From Chrysomallon squamiferum (Eukaryota > Animalia > Mollusca): a DNA stretch of 64,000 nucleotides. Of this stretch, positions 22,528-37,314 are shown piece after piece. The stretch lies in contig CM022676.1 of the NCBI GenBank assembly GCA_012295275.1, positions 4,464,001-4,528,000 of the forward strand, written 5' to 3'. The notes under the pieces were generated by a model. The model saw nothing but the letters and a program-made list of their open reading frames with translations. It was not told where the DNA came from and did no database searches. Numbering within the stretch: position 1 is the stretch's first letter; every line of letters starts with the position of its first letter. A program made the translations under genes and the position numbers.

Positions 22528-24016
22528 CATCATCACCATCATGCATCATACCAATAAACCTAGTAGGAGTTGTAGTAGTAGTAGTAGTAGTAGCAGTAGT
22601 TGTTGAGGTGGTGGTGGTGTTGGTCGTGGTGGCAGTGATATAGTACTGGTTATTATTATGTATACAATATACCCCTCTCTTCAAATCATGCTACGTAGTT
22701 CCAGACCTCATTAATGGGAATATTACCGATCGTGAAATATTTTTAGTATGATGTCTGTATAAAATAAATCCATGATAAAACTTGTTCTGCTTGGACATCA
22801 TTTTTCTTTATCAGGTGTGTAAAACGCCCAGTTGCTCACGAAAACAGGTTTGGTTACTCTGTTCAGGGTAATTGTTTAAATTTAACTAGATTTATCTCCC
22901 TTGTACTAATACGTAAAATTGAGTAAAATACATAAAAAACAAACATAAAGATACAAAACATAAACAAACAACAGCATGAATGAATGAATAAATGGATGAA
23001 TAAATAAACGAAGCAACAAACAAACGAATGAATGAATAAATAAATAGTAGAAAGTAAAATAAAAACAAACAAATAAGTAAACAAAGAAGTAAAAAAGAAA
23101 GAAAGAAAGAAACTAAGAAACAAACAAACAAATAAATAAGTAAACACATAAATAAATAAATAAATAAATAAGTAAATAAATAAATAAATAAATAAATAAA
23201 CAAACAAACAAACAAACAAAGAAATACTTCTTTTGTTTCGGACGTAGAGAACAACGACAATGACAATGATAACAGACAGAACGAGGAAAGTTCCAAAACC
23301 GCTGCCAAATCCTTTTCCAAACTGACTGCTGTCTTCTGCAGGGCCTGAAAATTCATTAACACAAATAAAAATATGTCACTGAATTAATATATTGTTTATA
23401 TATCTTCAATAATTAGTTAATTAGAATATTTGATATTATCAAATATCTTCACAGATTAGTTAATTATTTATTTCCTGGTGCTAAATTATCTTCATTTAAA
23501 ACGTAACTTCATTGATATTAATTGTATTTTCTGTAAGAAACATGCATATACGCATATTACACAAACACATAATGCATAAGCACTGAAACAGAGTCGCAAC
23601 CAGACACTTACATATGTACATACAGACAAACATACACATATATTTTCATAAACATACACACATATGGACCTAGGTATGAAGAATCAAGATAACGTACAAA
23701 GAAGAAACGATTCCAAAGATTTTCTGACTGCTGTTTTCACTTTGTTTTCCGCCTCACAATAAAATCCTTCCCAGTCTGAACAAGATGTCACTATCCAACT
23801 GTACTCCAATGTCGTGGCGTTCTGAACTTGGTGCAGCAGTTGTCTCCCTTTCAGTATTTTAATGGCGGAATTCGGATTACTGTCCACGTTACATACAAAC
23901 GTTGCATTTAGTTTATTCTCCCTTGCCTTGTTAATTACATGTTCAGTGAACACTTTCGTCTTAATGGACGGTTGGTCTGGAGTGAAAAAAGTAGACTTTA
24001 ATATTTCTCCATCATT

Positions 24017-24088
<72 letters not shown>

Positions 24089-24555
24089 CTATCTGAATAG
24101 TTTTTGTATAACTATTTCATTATCTGTATTCAAAAGTAAACGAAAAATCAAATGAAGTAAAACTCACACATAACGTTAATAACAATTTTGCTATCTGATG
24201 TTTGGTTCGTATCAGGGTTAGAAGCAATGCAGGTGTAGACGCCATCTTGAAATTTCGTGATATTAGTCAGTGCCAGTAATTCGTTGTTACTGACAATCTG
24301 ATTGGTCAGTTCCCATCTGTAAACGCATTTGATAAAACAATCGGCTTTGCATGATAATGTGACGTCACTTCCTTCCTCTACAGTGATGTCAGATGAAGAA
24401 TTGACTCGAACTGAACTATCGGGACCGTCTGTAAAAAAAAATTAAATTGAAATAAAATAAAATAATAATAATAATTAATAAATAAATAAATACATCAATG
24501 GTATTGGTTTGTTTCTATTTTATCAACATGATCGTCATCATCATAATCATCAGTA

Positions 24556-24617
<62 letters not shown>

Positions 24618-25266
24618 GTAATTGCTATTCTTATTGTTATAGTTATTCTTATTGTTATAGTTATTCTTGTTATTGTTGTTGGTATTGTTGTTGTTGTTTG
24701 GCAGACTATAAGAAAACTGCATAATGTTTAAATGGTACAAGCTTACCCTATTTTTACTATAATTAGTTTCTTACTTACAATGTACAGTCAAATGAAGTGT
24801 TTTTTTAGCAGTTTGGTTCGTATCTGGATTTTCAGCCGTACACACATAGAGACCTGTCTGTGATCTATTAATATCAGCCAATGACAGAATGCTTGTGTTA
24901 CTTATGATGTTATCTGCGATCTTCCATTGATAATTACACGTGATGAAACACGTCGCCGAACAAGACACTGTGACGTCACTTCCTTCCACAGCAGTCAGAA
25001 CAGTCGAAGTATTCAGTTTGAGTGATGTTCCAGGACCATCTGACAAAAAAAAACAAAAAAAAAAAGACATTATCAACATCATCACCATCATTATCGGCAG
25101 CTTCATCATCATTTTATTCATATTTTCGTTTTATTCCTACTCATGGTAGAAATTATAGGTTACTCGTATTGTTAGTTATGGATGTTGTCGTCGAAGTGAT
25201 GGTGATAGTGTAGTGTCTGAGTTGTTGCTGTTGGTACTATAATTATTACTAATGTCACAACTATTT

Positions 25267-25311
<45 letters not shown>

Positions 25312-26724
25312 TATATATTTATTTATTTTCCTAATATTTTTGCTGATATATTTAGTTTATTGTTTTGTCATCATTAACAGTACATATTTCATAATAATAA
25401 ATAAAACTCATTTTCTCTCTCACATCCAGTTTTATTTCATTGCTTTATTTATCATCCATTAGGACCGGTAATAATATTAAGAATAAACAAGTTAATTTTA
25501 CCTCTCACTCCCAGTTATATTTCATAGTTTTTAATCATGTTACAGGTACAGTAATAATATTAATAATAAAAAAGTTAATTTTACCTCTCACTTCCAGTTT
25601 TATTTCATTGCTTCCTGAAGAAAAACCACCACATCTCCATACTGTTCCATGTTGACTGAGTTTCACTGATTTTATTGTCAGAGTGTGAATATCAGCTGAA
25701 CAGGTAAAAGTGTATTCTTCTGGATGTTTACTAAGAAAATGACATTGACCGTATCTTCCTGCTTCATTCATCATGTATTCTGTGTTATTCTCAAACCAGA
25801 AAATTACAGGAGCAGGAGCTCCTCGACAGGTAAAAGTAAAAGATGATCCAACAACTGCGTATTTGTCTGATGTTGTTAAACTGCGATACTGACCTTAAAT
25901 TTAAAATAATAAAAAAAAAAATTCAAATAATATTAAATGCATTTTATATAATAACATTCTTGATAAGTTTTATGTTATTTTTATTTATTTATTTATTTAT
26001 ATACTATTATTATTAGTATGATTATTATTAGTATTATACTTTACGTTTAATTACTTTATATTACATTAATACGATACGCCATATTATGGACTCTCATATC
26101 CTAATGTTATGTTATGTTATCTTATGTTATTGTCTCATGTTTTAATACAGATAAGTTTCAAAAATTCAAATCACGCTATTACGCATATATTTTATACATT
26201 AGTCAACGAAACATAACTTCGACTCAGTCAAGATTTCACAGTTCCTAAATGAAATGGACTCAGGCACAGAAAAATGGCTCCCTCTCAAAAGACAGACAGA
26301 CAGCCCATAATACGGACACGCCATTTGACAGACAAAACTCTTTATTGGGTCATATATCCTGTACACCCCTGACTGATTTGATGGTATGCTCCATTCTGTT
26401 CATACAAGCAAGAGGGAGAGCCTAATTATAATCTGGTAAATGTAATTAATAAATCTACAAATAAATCTGTGAATAAATCTAATTTTATATAAGTTTGTTC
26501 TATTTTCTGTATTTAGTTGTATCAGACTATTCCATAATTTATTACATGTAATATTCAAGGTAAACGGCAGGTCATTAGTAAATGCACTCAACCGTGTCTT
26601 CTGTTGTTTATGCTAGACTATTCTATATGAGAAGCCTGTCTTTTGGGAGGAATATAAAATACATACCTTGTACGTAAATTACACATCCCAGTAACACGAA
26701 CACACAGAATAACTTACAACTCAT
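21649..26724 (-). CDS. IgSF receptor gene C: leader, V-like Ig, two C2-like Ig, membrane-proximal Ig, TM, tail with Tyr motifs (491 aa, intact)
   Basis: Exons 26724-26667, 25893-25585, 25039-24779, 24428-24168, 23976-23698, 23344-23228, 22420-22390, 22106-22060, 21761-21649 sum to 1476 nt, open throughout, with GT-AG sites. CEACAM-like DGP/YGPD domain starts. Tail reads ...PVYYNV...SPYSSLEERRNDVPYDVIKFENK*. Confidence 0.88.
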
Positions 26725-27242
26725 TTCCAGTGTTTTAGTTTTAACTGAAGTTAATAAAAATATTGTTACTTTTTTTTCTTCACTGCTTTCTCGATTTTAC
26801 TGCTGTTAATGTAAAAGCAGTTTTCGGCGCCTTCTTGTTGAACTTTATTCTGGTAACTTATGAAGTTTTATTTCCTGTTTCATACACAATATGAACACTA
26901 GTCTCATTGGCTCTGCATATTTATTAATAAACTAAATCCACTCGACTGAATCAGAAAAATACATAATGCAACCTGAGATATAATACACAGCGTTGTATTT
27001 TGAATAGTTAATTCTGCTTAGAATGTTTTTTCTTCTTCTTCGTTTTCTTTTTCTTTTCTTTTCTTTTATTTTATTTTCTTACTAGTTTTTTTATTATTAT
27101 TATTGATGTCCGAGTGTATTTATGTACGTTTATAAGTATGTGTGAAGGAGTTTTATCTTACAGGTGTATGTAATTCCATATTTGCATTTATATAGATATA
27201 TACATAGACATGTAGTTAAGTATATATGTACGTATGTATATA

Positions 27243-27297
<55 letters not shown>

Positions 27298-27423
27298 GTA
27301 TGTGTGTATATGTGTGTGTTTACATACATATAAACATATATAAACAAACATACACGCAGGCACACACACACACACGTGTATGTAATATTTAAATATATAT
27401 ATAGAGAGAGATATATATGTAGC

Positions 27424-27455
<32 letters not shown>

Positions 27456-27837
27456 GCAGGTAGGTTGTATATGTGTATGTATGTATGTTGCTTGTGTGTG
27501 TATATACATACATATATACATACATATACATATGTGTGTGTGTGCGTGTGTTTGTAAGTAAGTGTGCGTCTGCATTTTTAATAATTAGAAATCTTGGTCA
27601 TTTTGAATTGTGGCGTAACCTAGGCAACATGGATGTTTGCCAAGTTTTGTTTCTTACGTCATGACATGACTTTGTCAGTTTTATTTTGGTATGTTGTAAC
27701 TCTACCGCTCTGTTCAAAACCAGCCATGCATGGAAAAAGACGAACAAAAAATGTAACCCAAAAACCTAATACTCTTTCTGTCAAGTCACTGAGTAGCATA
27801 CTCTTTCTATTGTGTTCGGTTTATACTGGAATATGTG

Positions 27838-27891
<54 letters not shown>

Positions 27892-28197
27892 TGTGTGTTA
27901 TTATTGTTGTTGTTTTGTTATTATTATTATGCTTACTTTATTACATATTTTTATATTGTATTACATTATGTTACGTTGCGTTACGTTATTCTGTGTAATG
28001 TACTGTCATATTACGATACATTATGTTATCCTATCTTGTTTTTTGTTATGGTTTCATATTTTGATAAATATATTTCAAGACTTCATGTTGCACAGTTATT
28101 ACCATTAGTCATCCACAAATGACGTCGACTCCACATTTGGTAAATGAAACGACACTAACTCAGATAGAGATAAATAATTTGAATATAAAATACATAC

Positions 28198-28246
28198 CTT
28201 GTACGTACAATACACATCCCAGTAACACGAATAACTTACAACTCAT
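28198..28246 (-). CDS. Distal alternative signal-peptide exon of gene C
   Basis: MSCKLFVLLGCVLYVQ(G) with a phase-1 GTATGT donor; inverted copy of 8298-8346. Confidence 0.6.
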
Positions 28247-29626
28247 TTCCAGTATTTTAGTTTTCACTGTCGTTAATGAAAATATATACTGTCTTAGCTA
28301 CGTTTTTCTGTTTTAAATTCTTCCTTGTTTTCTTTCCTGTTGATGCGTCACCACGTTTGCTTTCGGTTTCGTAAGTAAAACACCCTTTATATTCTTTGTA
28401 AAATAGACTGTAATGGACTGTAATCTGTAATAGAGTGGATTCAATCGAAGGACTTCTGCAGTCTAAGAAAAGAAAGTCTACACGAAACTGATTATACTTT
28501 GAGATTTTATATTATTATTATTTAACGTTAGTGGTATTAGCATACATTTATTTAATAATGGTATGAATTATTGACAATGTTTTAGACCAGGCATGGGCAA
28601 GCTTTTTTCAAGAAGCTGGCCACATGAGACATGGCTCATCCTCAGTTGGGCTGCTGTTACTAATTTAGGCGATTTTGTGTTTTTACGTAGAGTTAATTTA
28701 TTACATTCTTCATTTTCATTTACTTCAGGAACTGTTATAATAATATAAAAAAGTGACACGTGTTTTAGTATATTAGTAGATGGCAAAATAGACTCATGTT
28801 ATAAAATTTGAACTTAGGTTATTTTCCTTGTGAAATTAGGCGGGCCACTCAGAAAGCGGCGCGTGCCGCAGTTTTTTATGACTGGTTTAGACGAATTCGT
28901 ACGAACGAGTGGACATACTGACGTATATGTTTATGAAAAGTAGGAAGATATGGTTTATTTTGTTCGTTTTTTTTATTATTATTTTTTTATTATTTTTTTT
29001 TTTTTTTCGTTTTTCTTTTTTTTTTTTATTATTAAAACACGCGCAATAACGCCTACATTTGTTTGTTCAGATAAAATAACTGATTATACCACCACCCTCT
29101 GTAAACATCACTGCATCCGTTTGTCACACGAGATTTGCAGGTGTAATTCATGACGATATGAAACAGAACCATGTGAAAGATTACTTACACCGATAATGTT
29201 GTTTGTAAATGCATTCGTCACATAACAAACTGAAAAAGCGTAGAATCTGTCGTGTATTCTTCAGTGTTAAAGGAGAGAAGTTAAAAATGTTTGTTTATGA
29301 AAAGAAAATCTAAAGAAATATGTTGCGTAAAGTCAGAATATTTTGTTTCTCGATAATATGTCAACCTTAACTGGGCCTCTTTCAAACGGCATATCCGCAG
29401 TCGACATTTTGAAAAAAAATAAAATAAAATAAAAATATTTTATAGAAATAATCCTGATGTGCAGACAACCCGAAACCATTTTAGATTATAATAAATAGTC
29501 ATCTGCTTGATTCAAATATTTGGAAAAGCGAGGATATAATTAGTAATAATGTTTATTCTCAGGAAAACGATGCGAATAATCTTAATAAGAAAAATAATTT
29601 CTATGTTTCTTTTCTTTATTTATTTC

Positions 29627-29674
<48 letters not shown>

Positions 29675-30203
29675 TTTTGCGTCCTCCTGATTATGTGTAT
29701 ATTGAGTGTCTGTGTCTTTAAATTAAAAATTAAAAATAGATAAAACCGTTAAAGTACTGGGAACACAAATCAACTGGTTAGATTGGGAATTAGCTTAAAG
29801 AGATTAGCAACGGAGTGATAATAATAATCATAATAATAATAAGAAGAAGAAGAAGAAGAAGAAGAAAGAACACGTTGGATATACTAAAATGTTTCTTTTT
29901 TTTCTTCTTTTCTTTTTACAGAATAACTGTAAACAGTCGAATACACAACAAACAATACACTGACAAATTACGTCATCTCCGATCATGCGTAAAACCTTCG
30001 AAAATGTTGTCTTTTTCTACTATGTCGACCGTCTTGAAATATTAACCAGCAAAAAATAATTTCCACCTTCAAAAGTTGAATGCATTTTAATCTATGCCGT
30101 TCCGATAATTGATATATATATATATAACAATTTATAAGAAATCCGCTAAATAGATTATATCTATAAGTCACGAACTTTTTTTTTTTTTTTTTTTTAATCT
30201 CTC

Positions 30204-31104
30204 TCAGTGTGGAATGTGTCCTGTGCGAATGAACTTCATCATTCTCATTGTTTCTATTCCTGTAAATTTAAATTCTTCTTTCAGGATCTGTTCATTGAAA
30301 TCAGCGAGAAGGCAACCGTCAACGAATTCTTTTTTAAACGTGTCAGTATGTCTCTCCAACCCTAAAGTTTTCATCACTTCTCCAACCTCAGATATTGATA
30401 AACCCGTCAATCTTCTCTCTCCACCTTCGCCTTCCGTCATTTTCGTAAAAACAGCCTTTCCTCTGACGTAATCATCTTCACTGTTGCTGGTGACGTAATC
30501 TTCTTTGCTGGTGATTTTCACGTCACTCTCACTGCTATCTTCGGCGACGCAACCATCACTAGTATCTCTAGTGACGTAGTCAGCACTGTTAGCTGCGTTG
30601 ACGTAATCATCTTCTCCACCTCCAGTGTAATCCTCGTTACCTCTTCTGACGTAACTAGTCTTCTTTACGTAATCATAGTCGCTAGTTCTATTTTCGGACG
30701 TGGATGACGCGTCTTCACGTGACAGGACAGAGTGGCGAGGTGGTAAGGGAGGGGGGATGTCATCAGTACTCTCATTACCGGGTGGCTCTATGGGTGGTGT
30801 CAGGGGCTTTTTTCTATAAATAGGTTTCTCAGATACAGCAGTCGGGACGATTTCCTTTTTCGCAGACTGAGTTATCTCTCTTGATTGGAAATGCGAAGAG
30901 TCGGACAAGTTCACGTACTCTTGTTGATCTTTCGCAAATCTGAAAAATCTGTCAGGTTCTAGTGTCTCGTAAATATTGTCTCCTTGAGTCGGGTCCACAT
31001 CCATTTGTTTGTACAGAGCAATATCTGGAGAAAAAAATTAATAATAATGATAACACAGAATACAAACACACACACATACATACATACATACATACATACA
31101 TACA

Positions 31105-31137
<33 letters not shown>

Positions 31138-31614
31138 TACAGATTCCTGCATGTATACATACCACTGGTGCTACTCTTACTATTGCTTCAAATACTACTA
31201 CTAGTACTTAAACGAATAATAATAATAATAATAATTATAATTATAATAATAATATTTATTTAAATCAACTAAAAATAAATAAGAACTGTAGAAATAAACA
31301 AAGAAAGAAAGAAAGAAATAATATGACAGTCGAAAAAATCCTAAATAAATTAATAAAAATTTCTATAAGAACTAACACATTTTTTTTTTTTCATCGAGTT
31401 ACTTTACTTACCTTCGTTTCCTATTTTCTCATCGAAAATTATATCCTTGGCGGCTGTTTCGATATCCTCAAGAAACTGCTGAAAATGTTCTTGCGTCATA
31501 TCTTTTATTCCTGTTACTAGAGACACCAGAACGTTCTGAAGATAGAGTGGAATCAGAATCGTGTGAGTTTCCAGAATTCCTGAAAATAAGATGTGATACA
31601 ATAATTAGATATCA

Positions 31615-31709
<95 letters not shown>

Positions 31710-33235
31710 CATAGACAGACAAAAGACAGACAGAAAGAGACAGATAGACAAGGTTATCAAAGCATACCTTCACAAATGCAGTTTGCTATGCAGTACGATT
31801 CATCGTACATCCCAGAAACTGTTATTTTTCCAAATGATTTTACTCTGGTTTCAGTGTTACCCACATCAAATCTGCATTCATCTGACACAGCGAACTCAAC
31901 CTGTACTGGCAGCGAGTGACTGGACAAAATGTCTGACAATAACTGATCCTGTCTGCCTGTCAAATTAATAAAGATGATAATTAAAACAATAGCATATATG
32001 GTAAAATAATAATATAGTAAAGTCATCATATAGTAAATACTCATATGGGGTAAAATTATTATTATTATTTTTAGTACAAATATCTTTAGTGATTAAATTG
32101 CATCATACTATACTTCATAATAATTATTACATCCTATTGCATTACATTACATTATGTTATAATACATTATTAGTATTGTGTTATGATGTTATATTATATA
32201 ATATAGTCCATTATATGGCATAATAATAATATAGTAAAGGATAATATTAGTATAGTATAATATGTCGGTAAAATAATACAGAATGGTCTAATATACTATT
32301 GTAGTTGTCTAATGCAGTATAGTGTAATGTAGTGATGTGATAATAGCATAGCATTGTTTGTTATATATTATATTGTATAGTTACAGAGCATGGGTAAATG
32401 AAGTGTTTTAGTGTTCAGTAATATAGTATTGTGTAGCATAGTATAGTGGTATAATGTAGTTTAGTGCAGTATAATACAGAATGGTCAATATAATCTAGAG
32501 TAGTGTTGTTTAATGCAGTGTTGTATAATATAGCATAGTATAATGTACTGCATTGTTTGTTATAATATAGTATAATTACAGTATGTTTAGTGCAGTGTAT
32601 TGTAGTGTTTAGTCATATAGGATAGTATAGTATAGTGCGGTATAGTATAGTAATAGTAGTTTAGTATAGTATAGTATAGTATAGTATAGTATAGTATAGT
32701 ATAAAAAATATAATCTAGTGTCGGTGTGGTCTGATATAGTGTAGTTTAGTTTACTGTATGGATGTGCAGTGTACAGTATAGTATAGTATAGTATAGTACA
32801 GTATAGTATAGTATAGAATAATATAGTTTAGTACAGTGTACACTAGTACAGTATAGTATTGTATAGTATAATATAGTATAGTATAGTTTAATATGGTACA
32901 ATAAAGTATATTATATTATAATAATATAGTATAGTACAGAGTAATATAGTACAAAACAGTGTATTATATAGTATAGTTTAATAGTATAGTACAGTTTAAT
33001 GTATAATAATATTGTAATGTAATGTAGTGTATCTAACACTATAGTGGTACAATAGCGGTATACTCACGTTTGTTTTTGGTGGTACAGACATGGAAGGGTA
33101 AAGGGTAGTTTAAGGGTATCGTGATGTTACGTCCAGAGCTATCTTTAGCGATCACTCTTGTCTGTTTGCAAACAGAGTCTATTCTCATCATCTGAGTATA
33201 ACAGAGAGACAATTATATATATATATATATATATA

Positions 33236-33279
<44 letters not shown>

Positions 33280-34588
33280 ATATGCAATGATCATGGTGAT
33301 ATAAAAATAAATATTCTATATACACAGATACGGACACAAATAAATTAATTAATTAAATATAACAAACGAAACAGAAAGACCTTAGTAACTTCTGGATCTC
33401 CATTCATAACAAACACAGACGTATTTCTTTGTTACTTATATTCTGAAATTTCTGCCACTGCGTTTTAACGTACCTGTCCCATCGCTATCGTATCCAGATC
33501 CACGCCCCCGTCGTATCCTTGCGTTGCTATGATGATTTTGGGTAAATCGTCCTTGTACGCGTCATGAAAATCTCTCAGTGTAAAATTTTCTCCGCCATGT
33601 TGGAAAATGGCGTTCTGAATCTGAATATGGAATGAAAAATGAGTAATTTGAGTTATATATGTATATGAATATGGGGGACTGTGAATGTGAAGAAGATGAT
33701 GAAGATGATGGAAATGATAATGCAGTGATCATGGTCGTGATGAGAACAAAAATAATAAAAGCCAAAATACCAATAAATATATATAAAAATATATATATAT
33801 ATATAAAAATTATCTTTATGGTTATGATTACGACGAGAACAATAATAAGTATAATGATGTTGTTGATGACAGTAGTAAAAACCACAGTAATAACAACGAC
33901 AGCCGCTAGTTGGCGCAACGAACAACGTAACATCCGGCCAGCATCCCGCGTCTCACTTGTTTACTTCATGTGGTTACCTCGCCGCGGAAGCGTCTCTGTT
34001 GTGTTGTGCTCGCGTTTTGTGCCGTATTTTGCCGAATTTCCACGATCCTAACAAAGTGAATGCAAAGGACAGTGCTGAGAACAAGAAGCGGATGATCTCC
34101 ATTAAATTAAAACTTGAATTCATAGAAAAACATGAGCGTGGTGTGCATGTAGTCGATTTGGCTAGGCAATACAAGCGTAGTGCTTCTACGATACATACCA
34201 TGCTGAAGCTGAAGGTGTCTATAAGGCTGTAACTCCAGCCAAAGGCGTTAAAATAATTTGTCTTATCTCCAAGATAAATACACTTTACAAAACCAGTTTA
34301 TTTCTTTCCATTCTCTTTTATTTTGTTTTTATACAATATTTGTCATTTATAAATACATTTTTCTTATTTAAAAATACGTTACAGAAAAATAGTAAATAAT
34401 AAATAAATTAAAATTAAAAAAAAAATAAAGACATTGGGTGGATTTTCGGCGGATGGAACGGATTAATGTTATTTCAATTAAATTAGGAGCAAACTGAGAT
34501 ACGAGCTCGGTCACAGAACGAATTAAACTCGTAAGTCAAGGTACCACTGTATATTAATTCTTTAAGTGATGGTTTCAAGGCAATACTG

Positions 34589-34637
<49 letters not shown>

Positions 34638-35362
34638 TATATATATATCCACCCTAACCACCCTATTTTTTTAATTTATTTTTATTTTTATTTTATTATT
34701 TACTATTTTTCTGTAACGTGTTTTTAAATAAGAAAAATATTGTATACAAAAAAAATAAAAGAGAATGTAAAGAAATAAACTGGTTTTGTAAAGTATATTT
34801 ATCTTGGAGATCAGACAAATTATTTTAACGCCTTTGGCTGGAGTTACAGCCTTTATAGACTCGTTCAGCTTTGGCATGGTACATATCGTAGAAGCACTAT
34901 GATCATAAAGCCTAGCCAAATCGACTATATATATAATAAAATAAAATATAAATTAAGAAAAAAAGAAAGAAAAAAAAAATTACCCTATTCTGTTTTTTCC
35001 CTTCTGTATCCTGAAATGGGTTAAAAGTAGACATAGTTAGAGACAGACAGAGACATATGAGGTAGAAACATACATACATACATACATACATACATACATA
35101 CATAAAGTCATTGATATATATATTTGTGTGTACATACGTACGTACATCGAAATAAATTGATGCATATGTAGAGAGACTAACAGACAGAGAGACAGATAAA
35201 CAATCTGAGAAAAGATAGATACTGAAAGGTGTAGAAGGAAAATAAAGAGTTTTTGTTATTTATGTTATAGTTTCAGAGTAAGTCTAAAAGTACGTATTTA
35301 GAACTGTTTTTCTCACTTTTAACTGCGGGATTCTGCGCCATTTTCCACGATAAAACTGCCAT
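30204..35362 (-). CDS. GAREM/THEMIS-like adaptor: CABIT domain, Tyr/Pro-rich linker, C-terminal SAM domain
   Basis: Exons (35362 or 35341)-35294 (start uncertain), 33620-33474 (FTLRDFHDAYKDDLPKIIIATQGY), 33191-33068 (ITIPLNYPLPF), 31956-31768 (LSDILSSHSLPVQVEF), 31579-31412 (ILIPLYL), 31024-30204. Ends LSISEVGEVMKTLGL...VDGCLL...ILKEEF...MMKFIRTGHIPH, resembling the GAREM SAM domain. Probable 5'UTR exon donor at 35985. Confidence 0.8.
32100..33060. repeat. Degenerate (TAGTA)n pentanucleotide satellite in an intron
   Basis: Long ATAGTATAGT runs with TAATA/CAGTA variants. Confidence 0.85.
33900..34551 (+). mobile_element. Tigger/pogo-like transposon relic
   Basis: CENP-B/psq-type HTH fragment KDSAENKKRMISIKLKLEFIEKHERGVHVVDLARQYKRSASTI; right TIR CTCGTAAGTCAAGGTACCACTG followed by TA (34528-34551). 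Left end approximate. Confidence 0.8.
34670..34930 (-). mobile_element. Inverted partial copy of the same Tigger-like element
   Basis: ORF 34671-34919 (ARLYDHSASTICTMPKLNESIKAVTPAKGVKII) is the reverse-strand paralogue of about 34150-34415. Confidence 0.8.
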
Positions 35363-35421
35363 TCGGTTCCCATCTTCGGAAATAAAAATAATGAATAATG
35401 AAACATGCGTTTGATATAAAC

Positions 35422-35538
<117 letters not shown>

Positions 35539-37051
35539 GGGATTAATAATAACAACAAAAACAACAATAATAATAATAACCAATAATAACAATAATAATA
35601 ATAATAGTAACAGTAATTGATAATAATAATAATAATGATAATGATAATAATATTCAATAATAATAATAGTAATAACAACAACAATAACAACAACAACAAC
35701 AACAATAATATGGACGACAAATGGTTTTATTTAAGACAGGACTATATTTTTCTCATGACTCTCACAGTCCCCGCCCTCTAATTCAGATACTGACGTACAT
35801 TCAGATATATTAAAGTGATATACTTTAAGTCAAAGATAAACTGTGTCCTCTGTTTATCTATATATATAGTTTTAAAACAAAATATAAATATATATATATA
35901 TATAAAGTTTTTAAACAAAATAAAACGTAAATATGAAAGAGCATAGACAATATAATTACCAACCAACAAACAGAACTGACTTACCTTCAAAGAAAACTAG
36001 AAAGAAGAGTGTTTAACTCTTCGCTTCGTTGTTTTGTTTTACATTTAACGAACAGAAATCTATCTGCAAGGAAGTTCGACTGAATCCAAAGTACGCAATG
36101 TTTTATCAGTCTTTATCGTTTGTTCATAGCATCTGTTCGTGGCCTCACATGAAAAATTAAAAATATACATTACGATATTAACCCATATATTATTTTCGTT
36201 TTAGGGCGCAAATGCAGCAGTTTCGAGGCACACATTTCGTTATTGTTTACAACAAGTATTGTAATACGTCTGTCATTCTTTAAATCAAGAAATAAAACTA
36301 GGTCGTAGGAAAATTAAAGGGAGAGCATAATTATAAAATGAGACAAATGATAAAAATGAAACTAAAAAAAATAAAATAAAAAAATAAAAATGAGAACAAC
36401 TCCCACAATGACAAATGAAACTGTACAGGTGATGAAAAAAATAATAATAAAAAAAAAAACTGGTCGCTTACGAAGTTTGAATTTTACCTCGCGCTACTTG
36501 CTAAGTGGAAATTTATTTTATAAATTATTTATGGGATTACCGCTGTAGTCGAAATCGAGGCTCATGTCGAGGACGACGTACGAGGCTTCTCTGTATTATT
36601 ATTATTATTATTAAATGTGTCTTATACCCACGTTTTCTGTTGTTTAATGAAAGTAGTAACAGCTGTCGTATTAGTAGTATAAGTAATAGCAGTAGTAATA
36701 GTATTAGGTATTCAGTAGTGATTCTAGTGTTAAATAAATATGACTATCGATCAACCTAGATCTGCCTCTAATCTGTTAAGGTTTTGCTGACAGAAAAATA
36801 TTTGTATAATACTAAATAACTTTATTTTATCACTCTTCTCCTCTCACTGCGTTTATGTAATTACTATCAAGACTTCTCTCAGTTTACTAAACTCTAATTT
36901 CCAGTTCTAACCAGTGCTCATTTACAAAGATATTTTGTTTTTGTATTTATGTGAACAGGTGTATAAAAGACTTCATGCTGAAAGATGTGTGTGTGTGTGT
37001 GTTATTCTTTGAAGTTGAATTCCACAATTGAAAACTACACCTCAATTAAGA

Positions 37052-37109
<58 letters not shown>

Positions 37110-37314
37110 ACCAAACTCTGTTGTTAACTGATCTGGCTACATTCGTTTAGTTCACTGATATTATTAACGCCTTTAAATCCTGTCCGTGTTTTGAGTCTGG
37201 TCAGACCTCGGTATTCAGCGAAGGGACGTGACTCTGCAGATATCATCTCAAATCACGATTCCTACAGAATAGCAGTATATTTCGTAAAGTTTGTCTTGAT
37301 TTTCTGTTTACAAA

